Assembly: GCF_037042905.1 (NCBI RefSeq)
Contig: NC_087245.1
Span: forward strand, 25,174,001 to 25,238,000
Length of the DNA: 64,000 nt
Source: Lytechinus pictus
Taxonomy: Eukaryota
Direction: 5' to 3'
The notes below the pieces were generated by a model, which worked only from the letters and a program-made list of their open reading frames with translations, was not told where the DNA came from and made no database searches. The translations under genes were made by a program, and so were the position numbers. The first letter of the stretch is position 1; each line of letters opens with the position of its first letter. Of the stretch, positions 1 through 11,402 are shown one piece after another.

Positions 1-187
1 GAGTTGAGTATCATAGACTAGATTCCAATGCCAGAAGGGCATTAGCTTTAAAAACTCCCTTACTTTCCTACCCAAGACGGTATCTCCTGTCCCAGATTTT
101 AATATCAAAGCTTTATAGGAAAGCTAAATATTTCTTTCTCAAAGGGGCATTTTTGTTGAGCACATTTCTAAAAAAGTACAATTTGTC

Positions 188-442
188 AGGGGTTATTTCT
201 GAAGCAGTTGTAAAGTAATACAGAACTTATACGTATACCAGGATATGGCAAGCCAAATGTTGTCTCACTTATATGAGCTTATGTAGAAATACCTGAAAAT
301 ATATATCAATGTTTAAATCAGTCAAAGTCAATACATCACTATTAATTATGCTTTTTAATTTTGGTGCTTTATAATCCGGTGATTCATAAAGTCATTGTTT
401 ACTTAAATATTACTTTACAAACAGCTTCATGAAACCTCCCCT
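188..442. mobile_element. Degenerate MITE (GG..TTTCATRAAG-type TIR, PIF/Harbinger-like)
   Basis: Left AGGGGTTATTTCTGAAGCAGTTGTAAAGTAATA is an imperfect inverse of right TATTACTTTACAAACAGCTTCATGAAACCTCCCCT. Confidence 0.6.
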
Positions 443-2555
443 AAATAATTCTCATGTAAAGCATCATAAAACGAGCTGTATTGGGGCTGTCGAAAGCCCT
501 CCGGCACCAGCCTGGCGATAATTATCAAAGATTGATTTGATAGTGCCATAAACCGTATAAACATCAACAACTGCACCAAAGACGATGTTCTATCAATAGC
601 TTGATAAAATTTCCTTAATCATCATTCAGTCCACCAAACTATTAGACCTACCATTTAGACTTAGCCATCTCACAGTTTTTTTTCTGTCTGAACAGGTTTA
701 AGTTGGGCTGTGAGGTCAGATATTAATATCTTTTCCATTTTGTGTACATTTCAGTAATTTGATCCTCCCACTGAGCCCCCTACTAAGATGGGAAGTTCAA
801 TATTTATCTTATATCAAACTTCATGCTGTAACCCAATGGTGCTGCCTTGTGTGTTCAAAGTATCTTATTTCATGTATACATGTCTAATGTTGAGATTTTG
901 AAAATTTATTTTGCTTGTGCATAGCGGTTTTTTTCAGCCCCCTCCCCATCCCTGTCATGGATTTAGTTATCTCTTTATCCAAACACAATAAAGCATTGAC
1001 TTTCTTATGGACAATTATTTCAATGTTAGATTTTGTCCGAGAAAGTACTAAGCATCATCCGTGAAGAGGGACAGCATTATTCTTTAATTTATTATTTCCC
1101 GGGTTTCTTATGTAAATATGGCTATTTCTAACAGTAACATTTATTGGTTGTGTTTGCTGCATATATTTATGGTGGTGGTGCTGACTTTGCTAGTCGTATC
1201 TTATCTTGTGCCATAATGCCTTTATAGTAGGAGAGAAGCTCTAAAAAGGTATATGGTTTGTATTATTTAATGTCATTAAAATATATGACAGGAGAAGGCT
1301 GAGATGTAGGCAGTATGTTGGTTTATTTCATCACAGATGAACATCTGAATTTTATGCAGATAATACATATACATGTAGATGCTAATAATATGACCATATA
1401 AAAACACATGAACTCATTCAACTCATTAAGAAAATATAAACTCATTATTTTTTGAAAACCACTTCTATCTGCATCTATTTATCTAGCATTATTTATATGT
1501 GGTTTCATAAAAGCAATGCAAAAAGTTGCTATTTAGATACCTTATCTTTTCTTTGGTCATTCTGATTAATTTCCTTACAAAGTGAGTTTATGAGGTTTCT
1601 GTTCCTGGTACTTAAGCCCTGCTATTCTTTGTCACAAACACAAAGGTAATAATTACTAGATTTGGGAATCTGGCAGTATTCAATCCTTGAAGGGCACACA
1701 TGAGTTATTCATCCGCGTGCAGTGCGTTCTAGACAGGTGTAAGTAAAGATCACATGACTTTATTTATTAGAATAATTCATCAAAATACACAACATGTTTG
1801 TATATAAAAATATAAATGATAGGAATAATGCCTTCATCACACTCTTTCATGATAAGGGCCTTTGGAGAGGCTAGACTGCATTTTTGTATTTTAATTAGTA
1901 CTATCCGCAATGCAGTTCCAGTTTTTTTGCAGTGAACTGACCAAAATTATTGTCAGTTTTATTTCAGGCCATTTAACTTTTGTTTGAGCTGGACAAGTAC
2001 GGTTTTAATGTACTATTCAATGTGATCAATGTCAGGGAATTAAGGCAAAATCTCTTAAGGGATTGATTTTTAATGAGATCTGATTTAACACGTGAGTGAA
2101 TGGAATCACTCTGAATTACTCATGTGTGCCCTGAAAACCCAATCTGTGTGTGCAGCTCAATGCAAGAGCTCCCTCTGTTGGTAAACATTTGTATCTGCGC
2201 CTCTCTCTCATTCTCATTGTGTATACCGGTACATCTGAAATTTCCACTTTGGGCTCCAGTCTGCTTCAAAATATTTGGCTTTATGATGATGAGGCTTTCG
2301 GAAATTAATTAACTACTCTTGATCAATAAGGGGGGGGGGATGGGGTGGATTAATTTCTCCAGATCCATTTTAAATGGTTGTTGTATTCAAACACATTTTA
2401 GCCTGGTGATTTTGTTTTTTTCTCCCGGAAACAAGAACTCTGTTTTTTAACTTTGCTCTTTCTTTTGATCAATACCTTTCCTTGATAGCAGGATTCTGAT
2501 ACATGTATCTTCTGTAGATCTTTCAACCATATCTCCTGTTTATCCAACAAATCCA

Positions 2556-2687
2556 GGGGTCTGTTTCATAAAGTGTTAAAATATGGCAAGTACTATAGAA
2601 TCCTTGATGGTGATTGGCTGCTGAGACATGATACCATGGTAGTTGACATAATGGCAAACAGTTGTAAGTCTTTTATGAAACAGCCCC
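2556..2687. mobile_element. Short MITE (~130 bp)
   Basis: TIR GGGGTCTGTTTCATAAAG ... CTTTTATGAAACAGCCCC; internal GATTGGCTG also present in the 41661 element. Confidence 0.7.
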
Positions 2688-2888
2688 CCCCCCCCCGGGC
2701 CCTGGCCTTTTTTATGATTAGTAATAGAGACCTTGAAAGTTCATTAGCATGCAAGAAGACAGTAGACTGGCCCTAATTACCGAGGGGGGGGGGTACAATG
2801 GCTGTCTTTAGAGTGCTCTGCCATCTTATAATAACTCACTTTCTGGTTTTCTGCTTCAACTGGGTTTACTTACTAACAAGACACTGTT

Positions 2889-3082
2889 GGGCAATTCCAT
2901 AAAATATGTATGTCCGACCCCCTATATGAGGGACCTTCATGAAATTTTCTTTCTCTGATTTCTTGTTCTCTTTACAGTCTGTAATGTTCTCAAAGGACTA
3001 TGACTTAGTTTATGGAGTGATAAAACTTAAGAAAAATAGGGGTCGGATGTACAAAAAGGTTGATCATTTTATGGAATTGCCC
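2889..3082. mobile_element. MITE with 4-bp TSD (Sola-like)
   Basis: Perfect 17-bp TIR GGGCAATTCCATAAAAT/ATTTTATGGAATTGCCC; inner IR TCCGACCCCCTAT/ATAGGGGGTCGGA; TGTT flanks both ends. Confidence 0.8.
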
Positions 3083-4740
3083 TGTTATTACATTGCAGTT
3101 GTACAGGTCATCTAACTAATATGATATGTACATACACCATGGTGATCACTTAACTGAAAACCACATACATGTAGCTTTTCTTGCCACTTTTTAACAAATC
3201 GGGTGCTTCACATGTATAGATATAACATTTTGTAAAATTTCCTTTAAAAAGATTTGATATTTGGCATACCATTTCATCAGACTCTGATCAGGTTTTGGTG
3301 CTCATAGTTAAATAAATTTCTGTCAATTCGTCTTAATTATAATGTATTTTTATAGTATGTATTTGAAATGCTCAGCATTCATATCTTATCAATCATCTTT
3401 TAAATGTTTTTGCTGTGTCACTGCCACAATGGAAACAATTATAAGTATGAGAAAAAAAAAATAAAAATGTGAAATGTGCTTTAAAGTTTACGAATTACAA
3501 TGAAAGTTAAAGTTAATATATAAAGTAATACTCTACTTTACAAAATTTGAATTCATACATGCTATTCTGAAATATCTAAATTCTTACGAAAGGTATTTGT
3601 TTCAGGTGTACATTGAATACCGTTTTGATAAAAAAAACACCTAACCCATGCCCATCATTAATTGGGACTTTCATACAAAGTATTACTCAAGTAAAATGTG
3701 TTGTCATGCTAGTTTCAACAATATATTTGGATTAGAATTAGGATTAGAGTAAAGATCATGATAGGGGTTAGTGTTGGAGGTAGGATTAGCTTACAGATGG
3801 GGTTAGCTTGTGGATCAAGGATAGTTTGAAGGCTAGAGATGTAGGAACTGGGTTAGGGTTGTGCTGTGGAGAAGGGGTAATCTTATTTTCAAAGGTTAGG
3901 ATTGGGGTTAGCTGTATATCGATGCTGGTGATATCTATGCAGTGGGGGATTGAGCCCTATTTCTTTTCCTCCAGATTTGTAAAGAAATTTACCACGTGTA
4001 AGTGGTGGAGAAGAGTTAGCCATTGCATTTGTATACTACATGTATATAATATTATTGCTATTTTTGATTAAAGGGCGTGGTGTCTTTGTTATGGTGGTTG
4101 GAAGTGCAATGAAGGTTGTGGGTGTTTCCATGGTGATGATTTCAATAGCATTGTTTCATTGAATTCAACTTGTAACCTATGTTTTGCTTTATTTGTTCTG
4201 ATTTGTTTTGCTTTGCATGAAATGTTAAAGCTTTCAATTTGTTGATTTAATATTTTATTTTATTCATTTTGTGTATTCATTGTATAAATATAATATATAA
4301 TCATAAATATTATTTTCATGTCATGATTTTTCATTTTTCATATGTTATATCATCATTCACATATTTATCATGTTATCATGGTTTGTGTTGCATATATTTT
4401 GATATTATACTAACATATCATAAATTTATCCAATCTTACTGTGTATAAAACTAATATAGTTGAATAGAGAAAAAATATATCCATTAAATGTTTGTACAAG
4501 TAGTTTGAAGCAAATTTTGTATTTCATTTTCATTGCATGTTTGACTAAAGTCCATTTATGTATTAGGAATCAAAATTAAAACTTATACCAAGATGTAGAT
4601 TTATGAATAATTAATGAGCTGCCATTTGATGAAAGGGGAAGGGGAAGAAATCGATATGCAAGTAGGATGACTTGTTTATTCATCAAATTTCTTGTAATTT
4701 GTTTCTTTTTCTTTGTGAATTGATTTTTGTATTTGTAACT

Positions 4741-5114
4741 CAGGGGTGGTGCCACAGGCAGAGTGGGGGAGGGCAATGTTGCACCTTTAAAATTTCAAGT
4801 GCTTAAGAAAAGAAAATAATACAGGAAAAAGAAGATAAGGATGAAAGGGGAAAAATAGAAGGTAAGAAGAAGAGGGATGGCTTTGTCATGCTACTCTGAA
4901 ATACAATTTTTTTAAAATCTAAAATGAATAAAACTTGCATCTGGGGCCCGTAACACAAACCTTAGCAATGGTCGTAGAACATTTTTCTACGATTGATTCC
5001 ATTGACTACAATGTACAATCACCATGAAAATCAAGCATACGATCAATTGCTAACCTTTGTGTTATAGGACCCTTAATCCTCTTACCTCCTAATGAAACCG
5101 TGGCACGACCCTTG
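4741..5114. mobile_element. Old hAT-like MITE with a nested MITE
   Basis: CAGGGGTGGTGCCACAGG vs reverse complement of right end CAAGGGTCGTGCCACGG; TSD not preserved. Confidence 0.5.
4943..5072. mobile_element. Short MITE (~130 bp); second copy at 38838 in opposite orientation
   Basis: TIR GGGGCCCGTAACACAAACCTTAGC / GCTAACCTTTGTGTTATAGGACCC; core ATTGACTACAATGTACAATC is inverted in the 38838 copy. Confidence 0.8.
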
Positions 5115-8100
5115 ACATATTATATATTTTGATCAAGATACAATTAAGGCTCTGATTTTTTATTTCTTATTTATCTGTAATGGTCTGTAGATAAACCCCC
5201 CCATCAATTTGAGTGTTTGATGTATATTTGTTCTTTTACTTATTTTATTTACATATAGGTTTTTATATGAACATTGAAGGCTGAAATTCTAAAACTTTCT
5301 ATCATTGAATGCAAATATAATTCAGCATCATAGGTAGACATATTTTTTAATTTTAATGTGTAGAACACAATATCTATGCCACAATAATTAGTATTCAAGT
5401 AGTATGAAATTTTCATAATCATTTAGTAATAATATTAATTATATGAATTTCATGAATGATTTTTAGTAAGTGTTGTATGGTTATGAATTGTAAATATAAA
5501 GTCACTTTTCTATCACAGTTTTTCTATCTAGGACCAAATGGATTGAAGGTGTAGGGAAGAGCCACCTCATTCATTTTGAAATTTTATAACGATCGGGAAA
5601 CAAACGGTACCTGATAAAATCATTGTATTTTTGCTTATACAGTATATATTTATATATTTTAGATTAGGGTGTCAAGTTATGGGCTTTCGGAGGGATGAAC
5701 ATGAGTAAAGTGTTTAACAGCCAAATTAATTTTGATGAAAGATGATTTTCAAGACCATACTGCATGATTTTGAACAAAGGAAAGTTCACCAAACAAGAAA
5801 TTTTTGTGAAAGTATGAAGGTTAAAGATTGCCAATATTTTTTTTGAAGGAAAAGTCATTCAGTGTATTGCTATGGTAACCAAATAGATTGTGTTGAGCTA
5901 AGGGCCTAAGTTAATGCACTGTAACAACAAAGTTTTATTTTTATAAATAAATTTTTATAAATAAATTTGTATCACTTTGGTGGTGTATTAAGCCTTGGTC
6001 ATGTTTATTTTAATTGTTTGTTCGTGTAAATAATTCTTATAATGAATTTATCTGTGGTTTTCGTTTGATAAAACAATAATCAATCTGTCTTCCTTTTACC
6101 TTCCAATATTCTAGCAATGCTGCTTTGTAATGGAAACGGGAAAATGAAAAAAATCAAGAAAGTTGTTGTTTATCTTTATTGCAGCACAATAAAGAAAAGG
6201 CACAACAATTTTCCAAGGCCAAAAGAGCATTGAGCCAGTCAATGGAATGTCCTTAATTGACCTTAATTGAATCTCCAAATTTCATTTCATTTGACTTTTG
6301 GCAAACTTATATTTCTCATTATTTCTTTGGGTAATGCTCTCTTGTATATGCTATGATTATTGTGAAGGTATTTGGTTTTTTTGAACATGTGTATGTACAT
6401 TATATGTTAGCCATGTTTGTAGTTTGATATGAAGTTTTATGCAAACCAGTTAGCTTCCTTTATGTGCTGTTGTTTTATACATGGTTATTTCGTTTTTATA
6501 AGATAATTTTTTTTATAGAGGTTATCCAAAGCCAACAATTTGATATAGTTTTTATTCTCTTTCTCTGCTGCATAAGAAGTAATTTTTTTTTTCATTTAAA
6601 AAAAATCCTCACAGTGCCAAAACCAAGAAATATATTTAGACTTTAAACAAATTCACATCTTTAAAGTTTCCTTTGTTAAGGGAGGGAATTGGAATATTCA
6701 TTTAATTCTGATTTTTATTATGTTTTGCCTTTCACCGCACAGAAGTAAAGTTTAGTCATTGTGACTAATGTAAAGCAAATGACAAAATATTATTCTATAT
6801 AATTATTCATGTACGACTTTCTAATTTAAAATCTGGAATAATTTTCTCTTAGTGTAGTAGATTAGTCTTCCTTAAATGTATGAAATGGTAGCTAAATTTA
6901 CATATTTTTAATATATAAAGCTTATATACTACGCATTTAAAGCTTTTAATATGAATATCTGCTGAAGCAAATCAATGAAAAAAAGTAGGTTAGTAAAAGA
7001 AATAATATTGCAGATCATATCTAATAATGTCTTTTGTATAATGCCTTGTGTACTTACATAACGGTTATGCATCTTGTATTTTGCCATTTAATATGTACTC
7101 TACAGTGCTATGATTAAATCATTTATCATTTACCATGAAAAGCTGCATGAGTTCTGATTCATTTTGTGATGTTTTTAATTGACAAATTGTTGCCTGATTT
7201 TGTTCCAGTTTTTACATGCTTTTGAGTTACAACTAATCCACAAGTGACATGCCACATGCATAATAGCTTCAGTGATTTTATTGATTGATTCAGATTCACA
7301 TTTCTGTTATTAAAATAGTAAAGGAGGCTGTGATTGATACAAATTATAGGATTACCTCAATCTTATTAACACGGAATGACAGTTTGCTTTTAAATTCACC
7401 CAAATACCTAACCTAAGTGGGGTGAGATGGGGACCAATCTAGTTTGACTCCTGATTTAAATAAATCCTTTTAATCATGAATAGATGATCATAATATTGTT
7501 GGCCAATAACTTGTGGCATGTCACTTTCTTAATTTCTTCTCATTGCCTGTGTTTTGAAAGTATGAGTTGATTTTCAGTGGTGTCATTATTGTTTCTTAAC
7601 CCGAATTTTTGAGAACTGAGCATGATTATTTTAACCCGTTGGAGACTGGACAATTTCCATAGACTCCAGCCCTATAACTGTTCTTAAATAGTACGATGAT
7701 GCAATCTGTACCGTTCTGTTTGTCAAATGCCACATTCTGACTGAAATATATATCCAATAAGCTAATTGACATTTTTGTCTAGACAGTTTTATGTTATTAA
7801 TTTATTTTTTTATATCATTCCAAATTAATGCTGTTTTTACATTGAAAATTAAAAAAAAAAAAAAAATTAGCCGAAGGATAATCACGTTAAGAACCAATTA
7901 CCAAAAAAACACACAGCAAAAATGGCAAATTGGAAAGAAAAAGTTTGTAGCTGTTTCTCAGGTCACATGATCGGCTTGAACAAAAACTAATTTGTAAATT
8001 CTTAAATTTTCCTCTTTTTTCCCAAATATTTTATATTGACAGACTGAATTCCAGTTGCAACATTATGCTTTAGTGAAACAGTAAGTCTTAGAATGCTGTG

Positions 8101-8479
8101 GTGTAACCTCAAAGAATATAATTTAAAAATGAGATGAGAATCTTTCTTGCTTGTTGAATAAAAATAAATACTTCATGATAATGATATCCACTTTTTTACA
8201 TCCATTTTGAAAATTCCAATGAATGTCATTGACAGACAAAAGTTTATTGGACTAGTACGATATGTATGATCTACAAATTAGAGATTTTTTCCTCTTAACG
8301 TGGAGGACCTCTAAGTTCTTAAGAACCTCCTCATTCAAACAAGGTTTAGCCACATTTTTCATAGGCTTTGTAGAGTTGGTTATCAATGTTTTTGAAATTA
8401 TGTAGTGTCTCCCGACCTGTTGGAATGCATGTGGATGACTGGTCGACTCTCATAATGGCTCCTTGAAATGATGAATGAT

Positions 8480-9062
8480 GTTGTGAAAGACTGATATGAT
8501 GATTGTGTTATTGATTAAATATAATTGGTATTGTGAAACAATGAAGTTGACGGTGGTAAATTTTAATGGAGTGATGATAGTGATGGAGATGGGTTTGCCT
8601 ATTATGATGGTGGTGATATAAATAGGCGGACATGAAGGTGATGGAGATGATGATGGTGATGATCAATGTATGACAAGAGGGGCACTTGATAGATTTTTGT
8701 TCAAAATTGAAACTAGAATATAGTGAAAATGACAACCCTTATTATTTTCACTTAAAATCTGGTCATTTTGTTTGAGATTGGAATCATTATTGCTTCAATG
8801 GAAATCTAATAAATGCCCCTTTGAGATTACCGATGATGTTGGTGATGATGGGGATAATGGTGATGATTATTCGTTATAGTAAGGATGCTGATGGTGACGA
8901 TGATGATGGTGATAGTGATGATGAGAGGGTGATACAGTAAGTATGGTGGTGGTGATGATGATGATGATGATAATTGTGATGAGATGATTGAGGTGATGAG
9001 GTGAGGTGATTGGGTACAGAGATGACTGTGTCAAAGTAATACTGGTGATTCATGATGGTGGT
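8480..9062. repeat. Degenerate (GAT/GGT)n trinucleotide low-complexity region
   Basis: Interrupted runs of gatgatggtgatgat. Confidence 0.75.
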
Positions 9063-11186
9063 GAAAATCTTTACTGAAATTCAAACCCCATATTTCTCTT
9101 AAAAGGGGGAAGAGGATGGGATATGCTTTAAAAAATACCCAGCAACAACAAAAAAACATTGTTGGGAGGGAGGGGGGGGGGTAAGGGGCATTATGTGTGG
9201 AACACAAACTCACACATCTTATGAAGGGCTGTGTTGGATAACTGTCTTTTTACCCGTCTGTTCTATTTTACTTGGAAACCCTGATACTAGAATATTTGCA
9301 TTTTAAGGGTCAGTCTTGTCAGTTGATGCATACAAGAATACCAACACCAAATCAGATAAAGAAAGGTCAGTTTTATTTTTATAGGGGATGTTAATAAGGC
9401 CGAGAGGATTGGGACAGTGCCAATATTCTTGAACTCCATGTAAACAATGCCACCATGTACACAGATTTAGGTCAACTTCTGTTGATCAGACAATGTTCCA
9501 TGCAGTATTACACAAGGAAAAAACCTTTCTCCTTTCTCGTACATTCTCATTTTTAACAAGAAAATAAAAGATTTACTGGCACTATTTTGCTATCAGGGGT
9601 AGATGTTAAGATACTGATATAGTAATGTTTTTTTTTTCAACTTCCTGAAGTAAAATATTTATCTTTTCCTAGTTTTTCATTGTGAATACCTGACCACACT
9701 GAAATCAGAAAAGGAGCGATTTTTAACATTTTCTCCTCTATCATCAATTGATATGTAACCTTAATATATCCTGATTTGATTAGGAAAAGAAATTTTATTT
9801 TCTATCAGCAGTAGACTGGCATCCTTTGGATATATGGAATTGTATTTTAATTTGCTATAGTTGTACAGCATACTTTTTGCATTCATAAACAATGAATTTA
9901 GTTCCATCCCTGTCCTATCAGAAGTAGATGTTGACCTATTATTTTTTGCCATGTCATCAATACTAGAAAAAAATACTATTTTGTTTCAAATGAAATCATC
10001 CACATTTTGCTTAGTCCTAGTAATAAGAATGCTTCTGAAATTATATAAATAATGAATTTAGTTCCATCAAATTCCTATCAGGAGTAGATGTTGACCTATT
10101 ATTTTTTTCCCATGTCAAATATATTATTCAGTTTCATATGAAATTATACTTTGGTTTGTTCAGGGAAGTGTTATAGAAGGAAATGAAACTCGAAAAGTTC
10201 CCTTTGTAGCATGCGCGGAGCCGTTGTTATTCTCCATAATTGGCTTAATCCCCTGCGGTCGGTCGTAAAGTCCGCTCACGGTCGCGACAGTGCGGAAGTA
10301 CAGGACTCGCGCAGTGCAATATGGGATACGCTTATCTGCTAAGATGGACGCCGATTGTAAACACAGTGACATTGACGATATTCTTCGAAACACAATTCTT
10401 GGTTTCAAGATAAATAATTGAATTCAAATATCTTTAAAACTTAACAAGTTAGTCTCCTGCATTGTCATTGCAACGAGACTTCGTCTTCGGGGACTGTATA
10501 CACCTCGTAAGCCTGCGCTCCGGGCCTACGCTATCCCGGTAGATGTGCAGCCTGAGCCGCACGCAAAATCGTTCCCATCGAAACTGAACTTTCAATTCAA
10601 TTCAATTCAATTCAATTTTTCAATTTTCAATTTTCAATTTTTCAATTCAATTCAATGTCTTTATTTCCATATCAGTAAAAAAAATAAAATTCATATTTAC
10701 AACACATAACATTATAAATGCATTTCTAGTCATTAAATATTTACATACATAAAGAGAGCATTAAAAAAAAATGCATTTCATAATTCATGTACAATAATAT
10801 AATAGATGAGGAAAAAGGGGGGAACTAAAAAGCGAAGCTTGTGGGTTAAATGTTCCCCCCAGGAACAAAAATTCAGTAGATTGTGTACACAAAGAAGATG
10901 ATAAAAAAAAGCGTTTAAACAGAGTAACAAAGCAAAAACAAAACAAACACATCCACACCACACAGTCAATCACACAGGCATGGGGGGGGGGGGGAGGTAT
11001 TTGTGCCTAGTCAATTGTGCCTGGAACAAGTCACTCTAAAATTTGTAAATGAAAAGAAAAGAAAAAAAAAAAAAAAAAAGTTTCAAGTGAACCAGCCACA
11101 AAGAGTGAGACGCATCAAATACCGGTAAAGCACAATGTACATACATATTATCCAATTATTAGAGAGAGAAAAAAATATATATATAT

Positions 11187-11402
11187 TTAGTGACTATAAG
11201 TGGATAGCAAGCTTGATTTACATTTTTGTTTAAAAGAGTTTAAATAGCTGCATGGTGTAACATTCACATTCAGAGTATTCCATATCCGAGGACCTTGATG
11301 ACGGATTAATCTCAGTGAGCGATCATTTTCTACTTTTGAATAGTGTAATTTTGAACTTTGTCGGGTATTGTAAGAATGAATATGCTTATTTTGTTGAAAA
11401 AA
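11187..11402 (-). pseudogene. Out-of-frame C-terminus of the LINE ORF2
   Basis: Adding one T to the T6 run (plus-strand A6, 11397-11402) gives FQQNKHIHSYNTRQSSKLHYSKVENDRSLRLIRHQGPRIWNTLNVNVTPCSYLNSFKQKCKSSLLSTYSH*, with the usual H.YNTR / GP..WN.L / FK..K..L CR1-L2 end. Confidence 0.9.

Noticed and set aside
3730..3915. Interstitial telomeric repeat
   Set aside because: Only scattered, degenerate GGGTTA/GGATTA words and no true (TTAGGG)n array; probably a decayed repeat.
7631..8420. piggyBac-like element starting TTAA|CCCGTTGGAGACTGG
   Set aside because: No matching right TIR or TTAA was found by eye.
10344..10510. Possible transposase or helicase remnant in the left arm of the TIR element (MDADCKHSDIDDILRN...)
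   Set aside because: Only 25 codons before a stop; no THAP, DDE or Walker motif recognisable.
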